IMG/VR virus record: IMGVR_UViG_3300049171_000067
Coordinates: 1-44,487 of that record
Reading direction: 5' to 3' (one strand)
Source: a virus
Taxonomy: Duplodnaviria > Caudoviricetes
DNA: 44,487 nucleotides
Of the stretch, positions 7,431 through 14,673 are shown in pieces. The notes beneath the pieces are model-generated. The model saw nothing but the letters and a program-made list of their open reading frames with translations, was not told the DNA's origin and ran no database searches. Positions within the stretch are counted from its first letter, which is position 1. Every line of letters starts with the position of its first letter. A program made the translations under genes and the position numbers.

Positions 7431-8719
7431 AATTTATGAACCTCCAATTTTTGTGTATGTAACATAAGATGTTTTTCGGAGTAAAAAAAGAACTTTTCTG
7501 TATTTTGAGTTTTGTAAACTTTTGTAAGCAATAAAATAATTGTTTCTAACTTATCACTTTGCCTGTTTTCAGCAATTTCTAGAGCAGTAAGGAGATGTTT
7601 CTCGGCTTCTTTTAATTGGTCGATACCGATATAGTAGTCACTTAGAGCAACTAAGACATTCACAAATCGATGGCCATTATAGCTGTTTTGCTGACAAATA
7701 GAAATCGCCGCATCAAAACAAGCTTTGGCTTGATTTATCTGACCTTCCGCCATATGAAATGAGCCTTTTTTTGTGTAAGCTTCAACAATGATAATTGGAT
7801 TACTTAATCGATCTTGATAGGAAAGAGCTAATTGGAAATAATCTTCTGCTTTTTTCTTTTCTCCCAAGTCTGAATAGAGAATTGCAACCAATGAAGTGAT
7901 CCAGCAGTGCTGGTCATATTTTTTGTTATCTCTAGCATATTCCAGAGCTTCTTTTGCTATCATAAGTGCGGTTGTATTGCGTGATTTGATCTTTTCCAAG
8001 AGAGATTTATATCCCAATACTTTCAATCGAACATCGGGATCGTCGATTTCATCCAGAACTAAATATAAATATTCTATATCGTCATGTGCGTAAAGAAATC
8101 TTCCCATCTTTTCTAAAAAGACACATCGATTGATACGCAGTTGATAAAAGAGCTTTGGATTTTCTCCACTTTCATCAAAGGCAGCGATAGAGTTATCAAT
8201 TGCTTTTAGTGCTCCATCTACATCGTTCAAAAAATATTTAGCATTTGCGATCACATTGTATACATAGGACAAAAGGTTGGTATGTTTTAGCTTTTTTATA
8301 TGTTTCCTTAGATACTGAATTGCCTCTTCGCCTACTTGTACTGCTTTTTTCATTTTTTTTTGAAACAGGAGTACTTTTGACTTATGAACAAGTAAGAATC
8401 CTGTATGTTCCAGATTACTTTTCATATCCTGTGGTTCTAGTTCGGCTAGAAGAGCATCTGTTGCTGGTGCTAAATCTGTCTTATGCAATAAGATCATTTT
8501 TGCATGATCCGTATCATTTGAAAGCAATAGCTTTTCTTTGATATCAAATCCGAGTTGTCGAGCAGCAGCAAAATATACTTCTTGGTCAGATACTTGTCCA
8601 AGTTCCAACCTACCAATACTGGATCTAGAAATGCCAATCAGTTTGCCTAGTTCATCTTGTGATAGTTGTTTTCTATTTCTTTCAGTTGCGATGATCATTC
8701 CCATGGATTTAGAATCCAT
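7427..8719 (-). CDS. XRE-HTH + TPR peptide receptor / transcription factor (RRNPP family, AimR/NprR/PlcR-like)
   Basis: N-terminal LSQDELGKLIGISRSSIGRLELG HTH, then multiple TPR-like repeats; 430 aa; adjacent propeptide. Confidence 0.85.
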   Translation of the reverse strand: MDSKSMGMIIATERNRKQLSQDELGKLIGISRSSIGRLELGQVSDQEVYFAAARQLGFDIKEKLLLSNDTDHAKMILLHKTDLAPATDALLAELEPQDMKSNLEHTGFLLVHKSKVLLFQKKMKKAVQVGEEAIQYLRKHIKKLKHTNLLSYVYNVIANAKYFLNDVDGALKAIDNSIAAFDESGENPKLFYQLRINRCVFLEKMGRFLYAHDDIEYLYLVLDEIDDPDVRLKVLGYKSLLEKIKSRNTTALMIAKEALEYARDNKKYDQHCWITSLVAILYSDLGEKKKAEDYFQLALSYQDRLSNPIIIVEAYTKKGSFHMAEGQINQAKACFDAAISICQQNSYNGHRFVNVLVALSDYYIGIDQLKEAEKHLLTALEIAENRQSDKLETIILLLTKVYKTQNTEKFFFYSEKHLMLHTQKLEVHKL

Positions 8720-8777
8720 TTAGCAAAACCACGCTTTCCAATAAGTATAATATACATCCTCTAAAAAACGGTTATTT

Positions 8778-8910
8778 TGGGTTGCCCAGATTTATTTTGG
8801 GTTTTGGGTAATAACAGAATATTAGGAATAGACACCCCTTGTATATCAAGGGGTTTTTAGTCAGAAAAATCAGGCATTACCCAAAACCCAGCGAAAAGTT
8901 GGGTAACCCA
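8778..8910. promoter_or_regulatory. Symmetric array of TGGGT/ACCCA half-sites upstream of the receptor
   Basis: TGGGTTGCCCA (8778), TGGGTTTTGGGTAAT (8798) inverted with ATTACCCAAAACCCA (8876), central ACCCCTTG/CAAGGGGT palindrome (8834-8854), TGGGTAACCCA (8900). Confidence 0.6.
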
Positions 8911-9099
8911 GATTTGCTTAAAACTATTGGCAAACGCTTACATAGAAACTATACTTAATTACAATATAAACCGAATATATCAAAATTAAAATTAAATTTT
9001 CTTTTTTTTGACAAAAAATATTTCATTGATGCCTTTATTTATGGAAAATGGTTCTAACTATATTGTAGTTTCAAAATGAAATGTATATAAATACCTGTA

Positions 9100-9111
9100 G
9101 AACATTTGTTT
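9100..9111. promoter_or_regulatory. Possible LexA box upstream of 9152
   Basis: GAACATTTGTTT 40 nt upstream of the ATG. Confidence 0.5.
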
Positions 9112-9151
9112 GTGTGGAGGTAAAATAAAATCACATACGAGGTGAACAAAC

Positions 9152-9472
9152 ATGAATACGATGGAAACAGAAAAAAACTACCCAGTTAAACAGTTTCTGG
9201 ATAGCATTGGTCAACAATTCAAAGTATTCGATTCAAAAAGTACTTTGGTGAAATCAAGTTACAGGAATACTCTGTATATCATGGATCGTATTTCAAAACA
9301 GAATAATATCAAGAATAAAAGAGAACTGCTAAAACAAAAAGTAATGAAGATTGAGCGGGAAACTGGTATTTACACGCTCAATGTAGAACTACTTTTACGT
9401 GAGTTATTAAAACAGGATCAAGTCAGCGTTTACGCCTTTCTAGATCAGAAAGAATTCGATCAGCTAAATTGA
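9152..9472 (+). CDS. Hypothetical protein, candidate SOS-inducible antirepressor
   Basis: SD GAGGTG; overlaps the repressor 3' end by 50 nt; function inferred from context only. Confidence 0.55.
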   Translation: MNTMETEKNYPVKQFLDSIGQQFKVFDSKSTLVKSSYRNTLYIMDRISKQNNIKNKRELLKQKVMKIERETGIYTLNVELLLRELLKQDQVSVYAFLDQKEFDQLN

Positions 9473-9785
9473 GAAAGAAATCTAATTCCTCGTCTGGGAT
9501 CTCTTTTCCTTTGTATAGAAGGGGTTTTTTAAAAAGTTCTTCTAAGTCTAAAGCTTCTTCTTTGTTATCTGTTAGTCCTGGCCGATCCGTTCTACCCATT
9601 AAATAATCTACAGTTGTTTCTAGAACATCGGCCAAATTAGACATAACCAGTTTATCCCGTGGAATTCTCCCATTCTCATAATTGGTTACCGTTGAACGTG
9701 GCTTATTAATTCTTTTCGCTAAATCTTCTTGTGTCCAATTTTTATTGATTCGTAACTCTTTGACACGATCCCCAAAAACTTTCAC
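9423..9785 (-). CDS. XRE-family repressor (CI/ImmR-like), switch 1
   Basis: FGDRVKELR...WTQEDLAKRINKPRSTVTNYENG...LADVLETTVDYLMGRTD; no peptidase domain. Confidence 0.9.
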   Translation of the reverse strand: MKVFGDRVKELRINKNWTQEDLAKRINKPRSTVTNYENGRIPRDKLVMSNLADVLETTVDYLMGRTDRPGLTDNKEEALDLEELFKKPLLYKGKEIPDEELDFFLNLADRILSDLERRKR

Positions 9786-9840
9786 TTCTTTGATTCACCT
9801 CATTTCATTAACCATTCATTAAGATCAATTATAAAGTGAT

Positions 9841-9903
9841 ATGTTCTCGATAGGAACTTTTTTTTGAATTACCGTTGACAATGTTCGTTAGATGAACTAT
9901 AAT
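9841..9903 (+). promoter_or_regulatory. Early rightward promoter with GTTC-N7-GAAC operators
   Basis: TTGACA(9875)-17 nt-TATAAT(9898); GTTC-N7-GAAC at 9843 and 9883, third copy at 10153 inside cro. Confidence 0.8.
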
Positions 9904-9948
9904 AATATCAAAGGTTAGGTAATTTCGAAATGTTTGGAGGTGGAAAGA

Positions 9949-10182
9949 ATGCGGGAAGAGTTGCACAATTCTAGAAAAAAACTAAAACTTACTCAACAAC
10001 AAGTAGCCGATAGAGTTGGTATATCAAGAAGTTTTTATTGTCGTATTGAATTAGGAAAAGAAGATCCTAACCTAGAGTATGCATGCAAAATAGTACATGT
10101 TTTGAATACAAACATTGAAAATGCGTTTAATGATATTTTTTTACGCTTCGACGTTCGTTCAAGGAACAAAATAGCAGTATGA
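9949..10182 (+). CDS. Cro-like HTH protein, switch 1
   Basis: LTQQQVADRVGISRSFYCRIELG; divergent from repressor; SD GGAGGTG before ATG 9949 (track start 9934). Confidence 0.85.
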   Translation: MREELHNSRKKLKLTQQQVADRVGISRSFYCRIELGKEDPNLEYACKIVHVLNTNIENAFNDIFLRFDVRSRNKIAV

Positions 10183-10205
10183 GGCAACAAAAAAAGCCCG
10201 ATGGG

Positions 10206-10466
10206 CTAGATTGCGTTTCTCTTAGTCTTCTGTAGCTTGAGAATCTCAGCATCCTGTTTAGCGGATCGCACAGAGAGTGCATTAAGTAAGTATTCCTGAT
10301 TTTCTTGGGAGTCAATAAGTTGATTTAATAACTCAGTATGTTGAGCTTGTACTTTCTCCAAATTAGCAACCTTGTTGTTAGTAGCACCAACGATTTGAAG
10401 GAGTTGAGTGATCATTTTTTCTTGGCTATCGAGTTTCTCAATAATGAGATCCATTTTATCAGACAT
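10206..10466 (-). CDS. Coiled-coil hypothetical protein antisense to the early operon
   Basis: 86-aa heptad-rich ORF ending at a hairpin terminator (10190-10208). Confidence 0.6.
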   Translation of the reverse strand: MSDKMDLIIEKLDSQEKMITQLLQIVGATNNKVANLEKVQAQHTELLNQLIDSQENQEYLLNALSVRSAKQDAEILKLQKTKRNAI

Positions 10467-10549
10467 CTATATCAGCCTTTCAAAGGAGGTGATCCATATC
10501 AAACGCAACGACAAATTGCCGTCTATATGCGGTAAGACAATTAGCAATG

Positions 10550-10619
10550 TAAAGCCCGCCCGGTGTTCGAGCACCAAAGCGAGCCGCAAACAAAAGTAAA
10601 CGTACTGACATGATACCAC
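10550..10619. repeat. Conserved hairpin element copy 1 (AAAGCCCGC..GGTG..CACCAAAGCGAGC...CATGATACCAC)
   Basis: Near-identical copy at 14177-14248. Confidence 0.8.
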
Positions 10620-10647
10620 TTGTTAAACAAAAGGAGAAGATACACCA

Positions 10648-11499
10648 ATGAAATTTAGTGAATCATTTACTGAGATCGCTGTAGCTCTTGTTAAATTTCG
10701 CGAGATAGTAGAAGCACCAAAAAAGAACAAAGTAAACCCTCATCTGAAATCAAAATATGCAGACTTACAAGCAGTCATTGATGCAATAACACCTGCACTT
10801 GCAAAATGCAAAATGACATTCCTTCAAGACACAGTGACAAACGAAAAGGGAGAAACAGGAGCATGGACCATGTTTCTTCACGAGTCTGGCCAATATGTTG
10901 AATTTAACCCTGTATTCATTCCAAATAGCAACAAAAACGCTCATCAAGAAGGTAGTGCACTATCATATGCAAAACGTTATAGCCTTTCAATGGCAGCCGG
11001 TGTAGCAAGCGAGGATGATGATGATGCAGCGGCAATTGTACCAGACAAACAACCACAGCAAACGACACAACGGAAGCAATATCAGCAAAAGCAACCAACT
11101 CAACCAAAAACAGAAAAACCTGTAGCAAGAATGACCAAGGAAACACTTGCTAAAATCAAAAACGTTTGGGACTTAACCTCCTTGTCACTAGAGCAACTTG
11201 ATAAGCAAACAGAAAAATATTTCAAATTACCATTGAATCAACTTACAGAAGAACAAGGTCAAAAGCTCTTGGAAATATTTGAATCTAAGAAGTCAGAAAC
11301 CAAAGAACAAAAAAAGAATAGGTTTGCAGCATTATTCGCTGCTGGTAAATCGCAACAACTTAGCAATGATCAAGTGAAAGAGAAGGTGTATGAGAAGTAC
11401 AGCATTGATAGTTTGACAGAGTTGGATGATGTGAAACTAGCAGATGCAACAAAGTGGATTAAAAATTATGGCAAGAAAGATACAAAGAAAGTCAGCTAA
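10648..11499 (+). CDS. ERF-family single-strand annealing protein
   Basis: KNKVNPHLKSKYADL and GSALSYAKRYSLSMAAGVASEDDDDA signature. Confidence 0.9.
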   Translation: MKFSESFTEIAVALVKFREIVEAPKKNKVNPHLKSKYADLQAVIDAITPALAKCKMTFLQDTVTNEKGETGAWTMFLHESGQYVEFNPVFIPNSNKNAHQEGSALSYAKRYSLSMAAGVASEDDDDAAAIVPDKQPQQTTQRKQYQQKQPTQPKTEKPVARMTKETLAKIKNVWDLTSLSLEQLDKQTEKYFKLPLNQLTEEQGQKLLEIFESKKSETKEQKKNRFAALFAAGKSQQLSNDQVKEKVYEKYSIDSLTELDDVKLADATKWIKNYGKKDTKKVS

Positions 11500-11541
11500 A
11501 CGAGGGGAGATAATCTCCTCTCCAAAACAGGAGGAACGAAA

Positions 11542-11688
11542 ATGGTAGAAATCTATTGCATTACGCGTGATGGTATCAAAATGCCACCAGTGGAAGTGCC
11601 GCTAAATAAAGCGGATGCCTATGTGAAACAGCTAAAAGTTACATTTTCAGTCGTTTATACCAAAAGCCTAGTTCGTGTGTATGTGTAG
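11542..11688 (+). CDS. 48-aa hypothetical protein
   Basis: Translated by hand; SD AGGAGG. Confidence 0.6.
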   Translation: MVEIYCITRDGIKMPPVEVPLNKADAYVKQLKVTFSVVYTKSLVRVYV

Positions 11689-11724
11689 GGGAGATTTCTC
11701 CCCTCTCCCATAGGAGGGATCAGG

Positions 11725-11901
11725 ATGCATGTAGGATACAAATTTCTGAGCGATGAAGGCGCGGTGTTTGAAGTTATCGCAATAGATGGTGATTCTTGCG
11801 TAATCAAAAAGCCATCAGGAAAAATATTCACCTTGAAGCGAGAAACGCTGGAATACTTGAGTTTCGTGAAATCGATTATGGAGGCGGAAATATGGGACTG
11901 A
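11725..11901 (+). CDS. 58-aa hypothetical protein
   Basis: Translated by hand; SD AGGAGG. Confidence 0.6.
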   Translation: MHVGYKFLSDEGAVFEVIAIDGDSCVIKKPSGKIFTLKRETLEYLSFVKSIMEAEIWD

Positions 11902-11950
11902 AACCAGCAGGATACATTCAAAATCACATTAGAAAAGAGGAACAAGCATC

Positions 11951-12223
11951 ATGAAACGTTATTTAGTGAGTTGGACCTTAAAGAGCAACGAGGAACCACA
12001 GACAATCATAGTTACAGCACCAGATAAACCTGAAGCTGCAAGAGCAGCACGGATAGAGTTAGGTTTTAAGAAATGGTTTGTGTGGGGTGTAGATGAACTA
12101 TCAGACAAAAAATGCGACTTTTGTGATCAGTATGCAGTAGAACCAACTGATGTTATGACCTTTTGCAATGAGCACTGGGAAGAGTGGGGAGAAATGATAG
12201 GTGCAAGTTACGGCCAATATTAA
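11951..12223 (+). CDS. Hypothetical protein with Cys/His cluster
   Basis: Operon context; CDFC...CNEH. Confidence 0.7.
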   Translation: MKRYLVSWTLKSNEEPQTIIVTAPDKPEAARAARIELGFKKWFVWGVDELSDKKCDFCDQYAVEPTDVMTFCNEHWEEWGEMIGASYGQY

Positions 12224-12235
12224 GGAGGGATCAGC

Positions 12236-12472
12236 ATGATGTCAATCAGATCACAGTACTACAAATTTATAAAACGTGAGTGTGTGACCTGTCCTTTCTA
12301 TGTGAAATGGGAGGAATCGACAGAAAACAACCCCACTTGCCAGATCGAGGAACAAATGGCTTGGGCTGCTCACACTGGCAACAGATTAGAGTTTCCTTAT
12401 GAGTGGCTAGAAGAGAATAGAACCGAGGTTTACAGCTGTAAGAAGAAACCACAAATGGAGGAGATCGCATGA
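12236..12472 (+). CDS. Hypothetical Cys-containing protein
   Basis: SD AAGGAGG; operon context. Confidence 0.7.
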   Translation: MMSIRSQYYKFIKRECVTCPFYVKWEESTENNPTCQIEEQMAWAAHTGNRLEFPYEWLEENRTEVYSCKKKPQMEEIA

Positions 12473-12648
12473 TAAAAATTCCTATGGTTGGTACTGTACA
12501 ATGCCCACGATGTGACGCAAAAGTTGCAGCTTTAAATAAGATTTTATTCGCCGCGGATGTTACTAAGGCTCAATACAATGAAGGGCTTTGCTCTCATTGT
12601 ATTGTGGAGGTAGAAGAAAAAGAAATCAGTGGAGGGATCAGCGAATGA
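12469..12648 (+). CDS. 59-aa zinc-finger micro-protein (CPRC...CSHC)
   Basis: Translated by hand; ATGA overlaps with both neighbours. Confidence 0.65.
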   Translation: MIKIPMVGTVQCPRCDAKVAALNKILFAADVTKAQYNEGLCSHCIVEVEEKEISGGISE

Positions 12649-13043
12649 ATAAAGTGATTTGTATCGGACGTCTGACAAAAGAGGCTGATCTCAAATATAC
12701 GCAATCAGGAATAGCTGTGGCGCGTTTTACATTGGCTGTACAGCGTAACTTCTCCAATGCTCAAGGAGAATATGAAGCCGATTTTATACAGGTTGTAGTG
12801 TGGCGTAAACAGGCTGAAAACGTGGCTACGTATACAGGTAAGGGTTCTCTGGTAGCCATTGACGGAAGATTACAAACCGGCAGCTATGAGAAGGATGGTC
12901 GCACAGTGTGGACCACAGAGGTCGTAGCGGATCAAGTGAAGTTTCTGGATTCGAAGAAGAAGGAGTACCAGGAGGATAACGGCGGCGATCCGTTTCAATA
13001 CGCTGGAAAGCCTATAGAATTGCCGGATGATCTACCTTTTTGA
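12645..13043 (+). CDS. ssb: Single-stranded DNA-binding protein
   Basis: MNKVICIGRLTKEADLKYT...GRLQTGSYE...DDLPF acidic tail. Confidence 0.95.
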   Translation: MNKVICIGRLTKEADLKYTQSGIAVARFTLAVQRNFSNAQGEYEADFIQVVVWRKQAENVATYTGKGSLVAIDGRLQTGSYEKDGRTVWTTEVVADQVKFLDSKKKEYQEDNGGDPFQYAGKPIELPDDLPF

Positions 13044-13063
13044 TAAATGGGAGGCTGGCCTCC

Positions 13064-13291
13064 CTATTCTTTGAACATGGGATCACTAAAGAATTCCGCT
13101 ACTGTGATTCCAAAGTATGTACAAATCTTTTCTATGGTAATCACACTAGGGCTTTTACTCTCACGTTTCATCACACTATTTAGTGTTGATTGTCTTACTC
13201 CAGAAAGTGATGCTAGCTTGTTTATTGAAATCCCTTGTTCATCGCATAAAGCCTGTATTTTATCAGGGATTTTATCAGACACATTCATCAA
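13064..13291 (-). CDS. Small XRE HTH regulator
   Basis: GISINKLASLSGVRQSTL...TIEKICTYFGITVAEFF. Confidence 0.85.
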   Translation of the reverse strand: MMNVSDKIPDKIQALCDEQGISINKLASLSGVRQSTLNSVMKRESKSPSVITIEKICTYFGITVAEFFSDPMFKE

Positions 13292-13296
13292 TACAC

Positions 13297-13614
13297 CTAC
13301 TTCTCTATCAATGTATCAATCGTACTTAGTAGGGATTTACGTTGCTCTGGTGATAGCTTTTTACCTGCTTGAAGCCAATGTTGTAAATCGGGAGAAAGTT
13401 CATCATCTGAAAAGAATTCACCTAATGAAACATCAAGAGCCTTACAAATACTTAACAGAACATCATAAGAAGGGAAAAACTTTCCCTTTTCAATACGGTT
13501 CACACTTTCTTGTCTTTTACCGATGATTTCAGCGAGTTCAGTTTGGCTTATGTTCTGGATTTGTCGAAGTTCTTTTATTCTTTGGCCTAAATCAAACAAT
13601 TTCATCACATCCAT
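13297..13614 (-). CDS. XRE-family repressor, switch 2
   Basis: LGQRIKELR...ISQTELAEIIGKRQESVNRIEKG...ICKALDVSLGEFF. Confidence 0.9.
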   Translation of the reverse strand: MDVMKLFDLGQRIKELRQIQNISQTELAEIIGKRQESVNRIEKGKFFPSYDVLLSICKALDVSLGEFFSDDELSPDLQHWLQAGKKLSPEQRKSLLSTIDTLIEK

Positions 13615-13744
13615 TTATGACGTAAAAAGTCATTATTTTAGAAATCTGCGAATTAGTGAGAAACACAGAGATAATCAATAATAAATCAATAAAATTGACG
13701 TTATACATCATAAACAAAGTTTGTTTTTATGACGTAAAAAGTCA
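13614..13744. promoter_or_regulatory. Three operators of switch 2 (TTTATGACGTAAAAAGTCA)
   Basis: Identical 19-mers at 13614-13632 and 13726-13744; inverted 16/19 copy at 13696-13714; core TGAC-N7-GTCA. Confidence 0.8.
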
Positions 13745-13773
13745 ATAATATAAATAAGAGAGGTGACCACCAC

Positions 13774-13974
13774 ATGGTAGGGATCAATATAAAACAGCTT
13801 AGAAAGGAAAAAGGATTGAACCAAATTCAATTAGCTGAAGCTATCGGATTACGTCAAGAATCATTAAGCCGAATCGAAAGAGGACGTATCAATCCGTCAA
13901 TGAAGACGCTCAAAAATATAGCTACAGAACTTAATGTTCCGGTGTCAGTGTTATTTGAAGAAAAATCAGCTTGA
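13774..13974 (+). CDS. Cro-like HTH protein, switch 2
   Basis: LNQIQLAEAIGLRQESLSRIERG; recognition helix RQES shared with the divergent repressor. Confidence 0.9.
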   Translation: MVGINIKQLRKEKGLNQIQLAEAIGLRQESLSRIERGRINPSMKTLKNIATELNVPVSVLFEEKSA

Positions 13975-14031
13975 TAACCAAAAGGTAATCAACCAAGGCA
14001 AAAAAATAACCTCCTGAGAGGGGGTGAAAAA

Positions 14032-14226
14032 TTGAACCGTGATAAATCGAAATTACCAACGATCAACACAAAGGTGTCCAGTATTTGCAATAAACAACAG
14101 AATCCAGTGAAACCTATCAAACACTATCATGCATTAAAGAAAAACGAAAACATCTTTGAAGTAATCGCATCATTTTTAAAGCCCGCTTGGTGCGCGAACA
14201 CCAAAGCGAGCAACAAACAAAAATAA
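14032..14226 (+). CDS. Small basic protein overlapping hairpin element copy 2
   Basis: SD GGGGGTG; C-terminus KPAWCANTKASNKQK resembles KPARCSSTKASRKQK ending at 10599. Confidence 0.5.
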   Translation: MNRDKSKLPTINTKVSSICNKQQNPVKPIKHYHALKKNENIFEVIASFLKPAWCANTKASNKQK

Positions 14227-14248
14227 CAGATTAGGGTCATGATACCAC
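14177..14248. repeat. Conserved hairpin element copy 2
   Basis: Near-identical to 10550-10619. Confidence 0.8.
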
Positions 14249-14279
14249 ATTATGAGCCTAATGGGGAGAGATTTTCATC

Positions 14280-14624
14280 ATGGGGATAGCAATCGAATCA
14301 TTACCAGAGCACTGGGTGGCTGCAATCACTTTCAATAAGTCATTATCGGTTCCAGTAAAGTGGAAGCCAGCAAAGAAAGTATCATATCGTTCCGGTCGTG
14401 GAATGTACGACTACAACAATCGCAGTAGTAAATATCATGTGTTGTTGATGGATGATTTCAAGGCCGGACGGATCAAACGAAATAAAGGATCATTCCTCTG
14501 TAACGCCAAAGTCACCGATCCAAGCACACATCAGGCAATCAACATGAACGAGCTAGACATAGAGCAGTCCAAACGGCACAAGGTTACATGTCCTGATTGT
14601 TTGAAACGAGTATCAAAATTATAA
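14280..14624 (+). CDS. Hypothetical protein with H/C/CxxC metal-binding residues
   Basis: ORF; YH...LC...TCPDC. Confidence 0.7.
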   Translation: MGIAIESLPEHWVAAITFNKSLSVPVKWKPAKKVSYRSGRGMYDYNNRSSKYHVLLMDDFKAGRIKRNKGSFLCNAKVTDPSTHQAINMNELDIEQSKRHKVTCPDCLKRVSKL

Positions 14625-14673
14625 ATTCATCGGGTGGCTTCGGTCATCCACTCACCATAGGGAGGGGAAGCAC

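Noticed and set aside
13047-13526. 159-aa plus-strand ORF
   Set aside because: Shadow of two clear XRE genes on the minus strand
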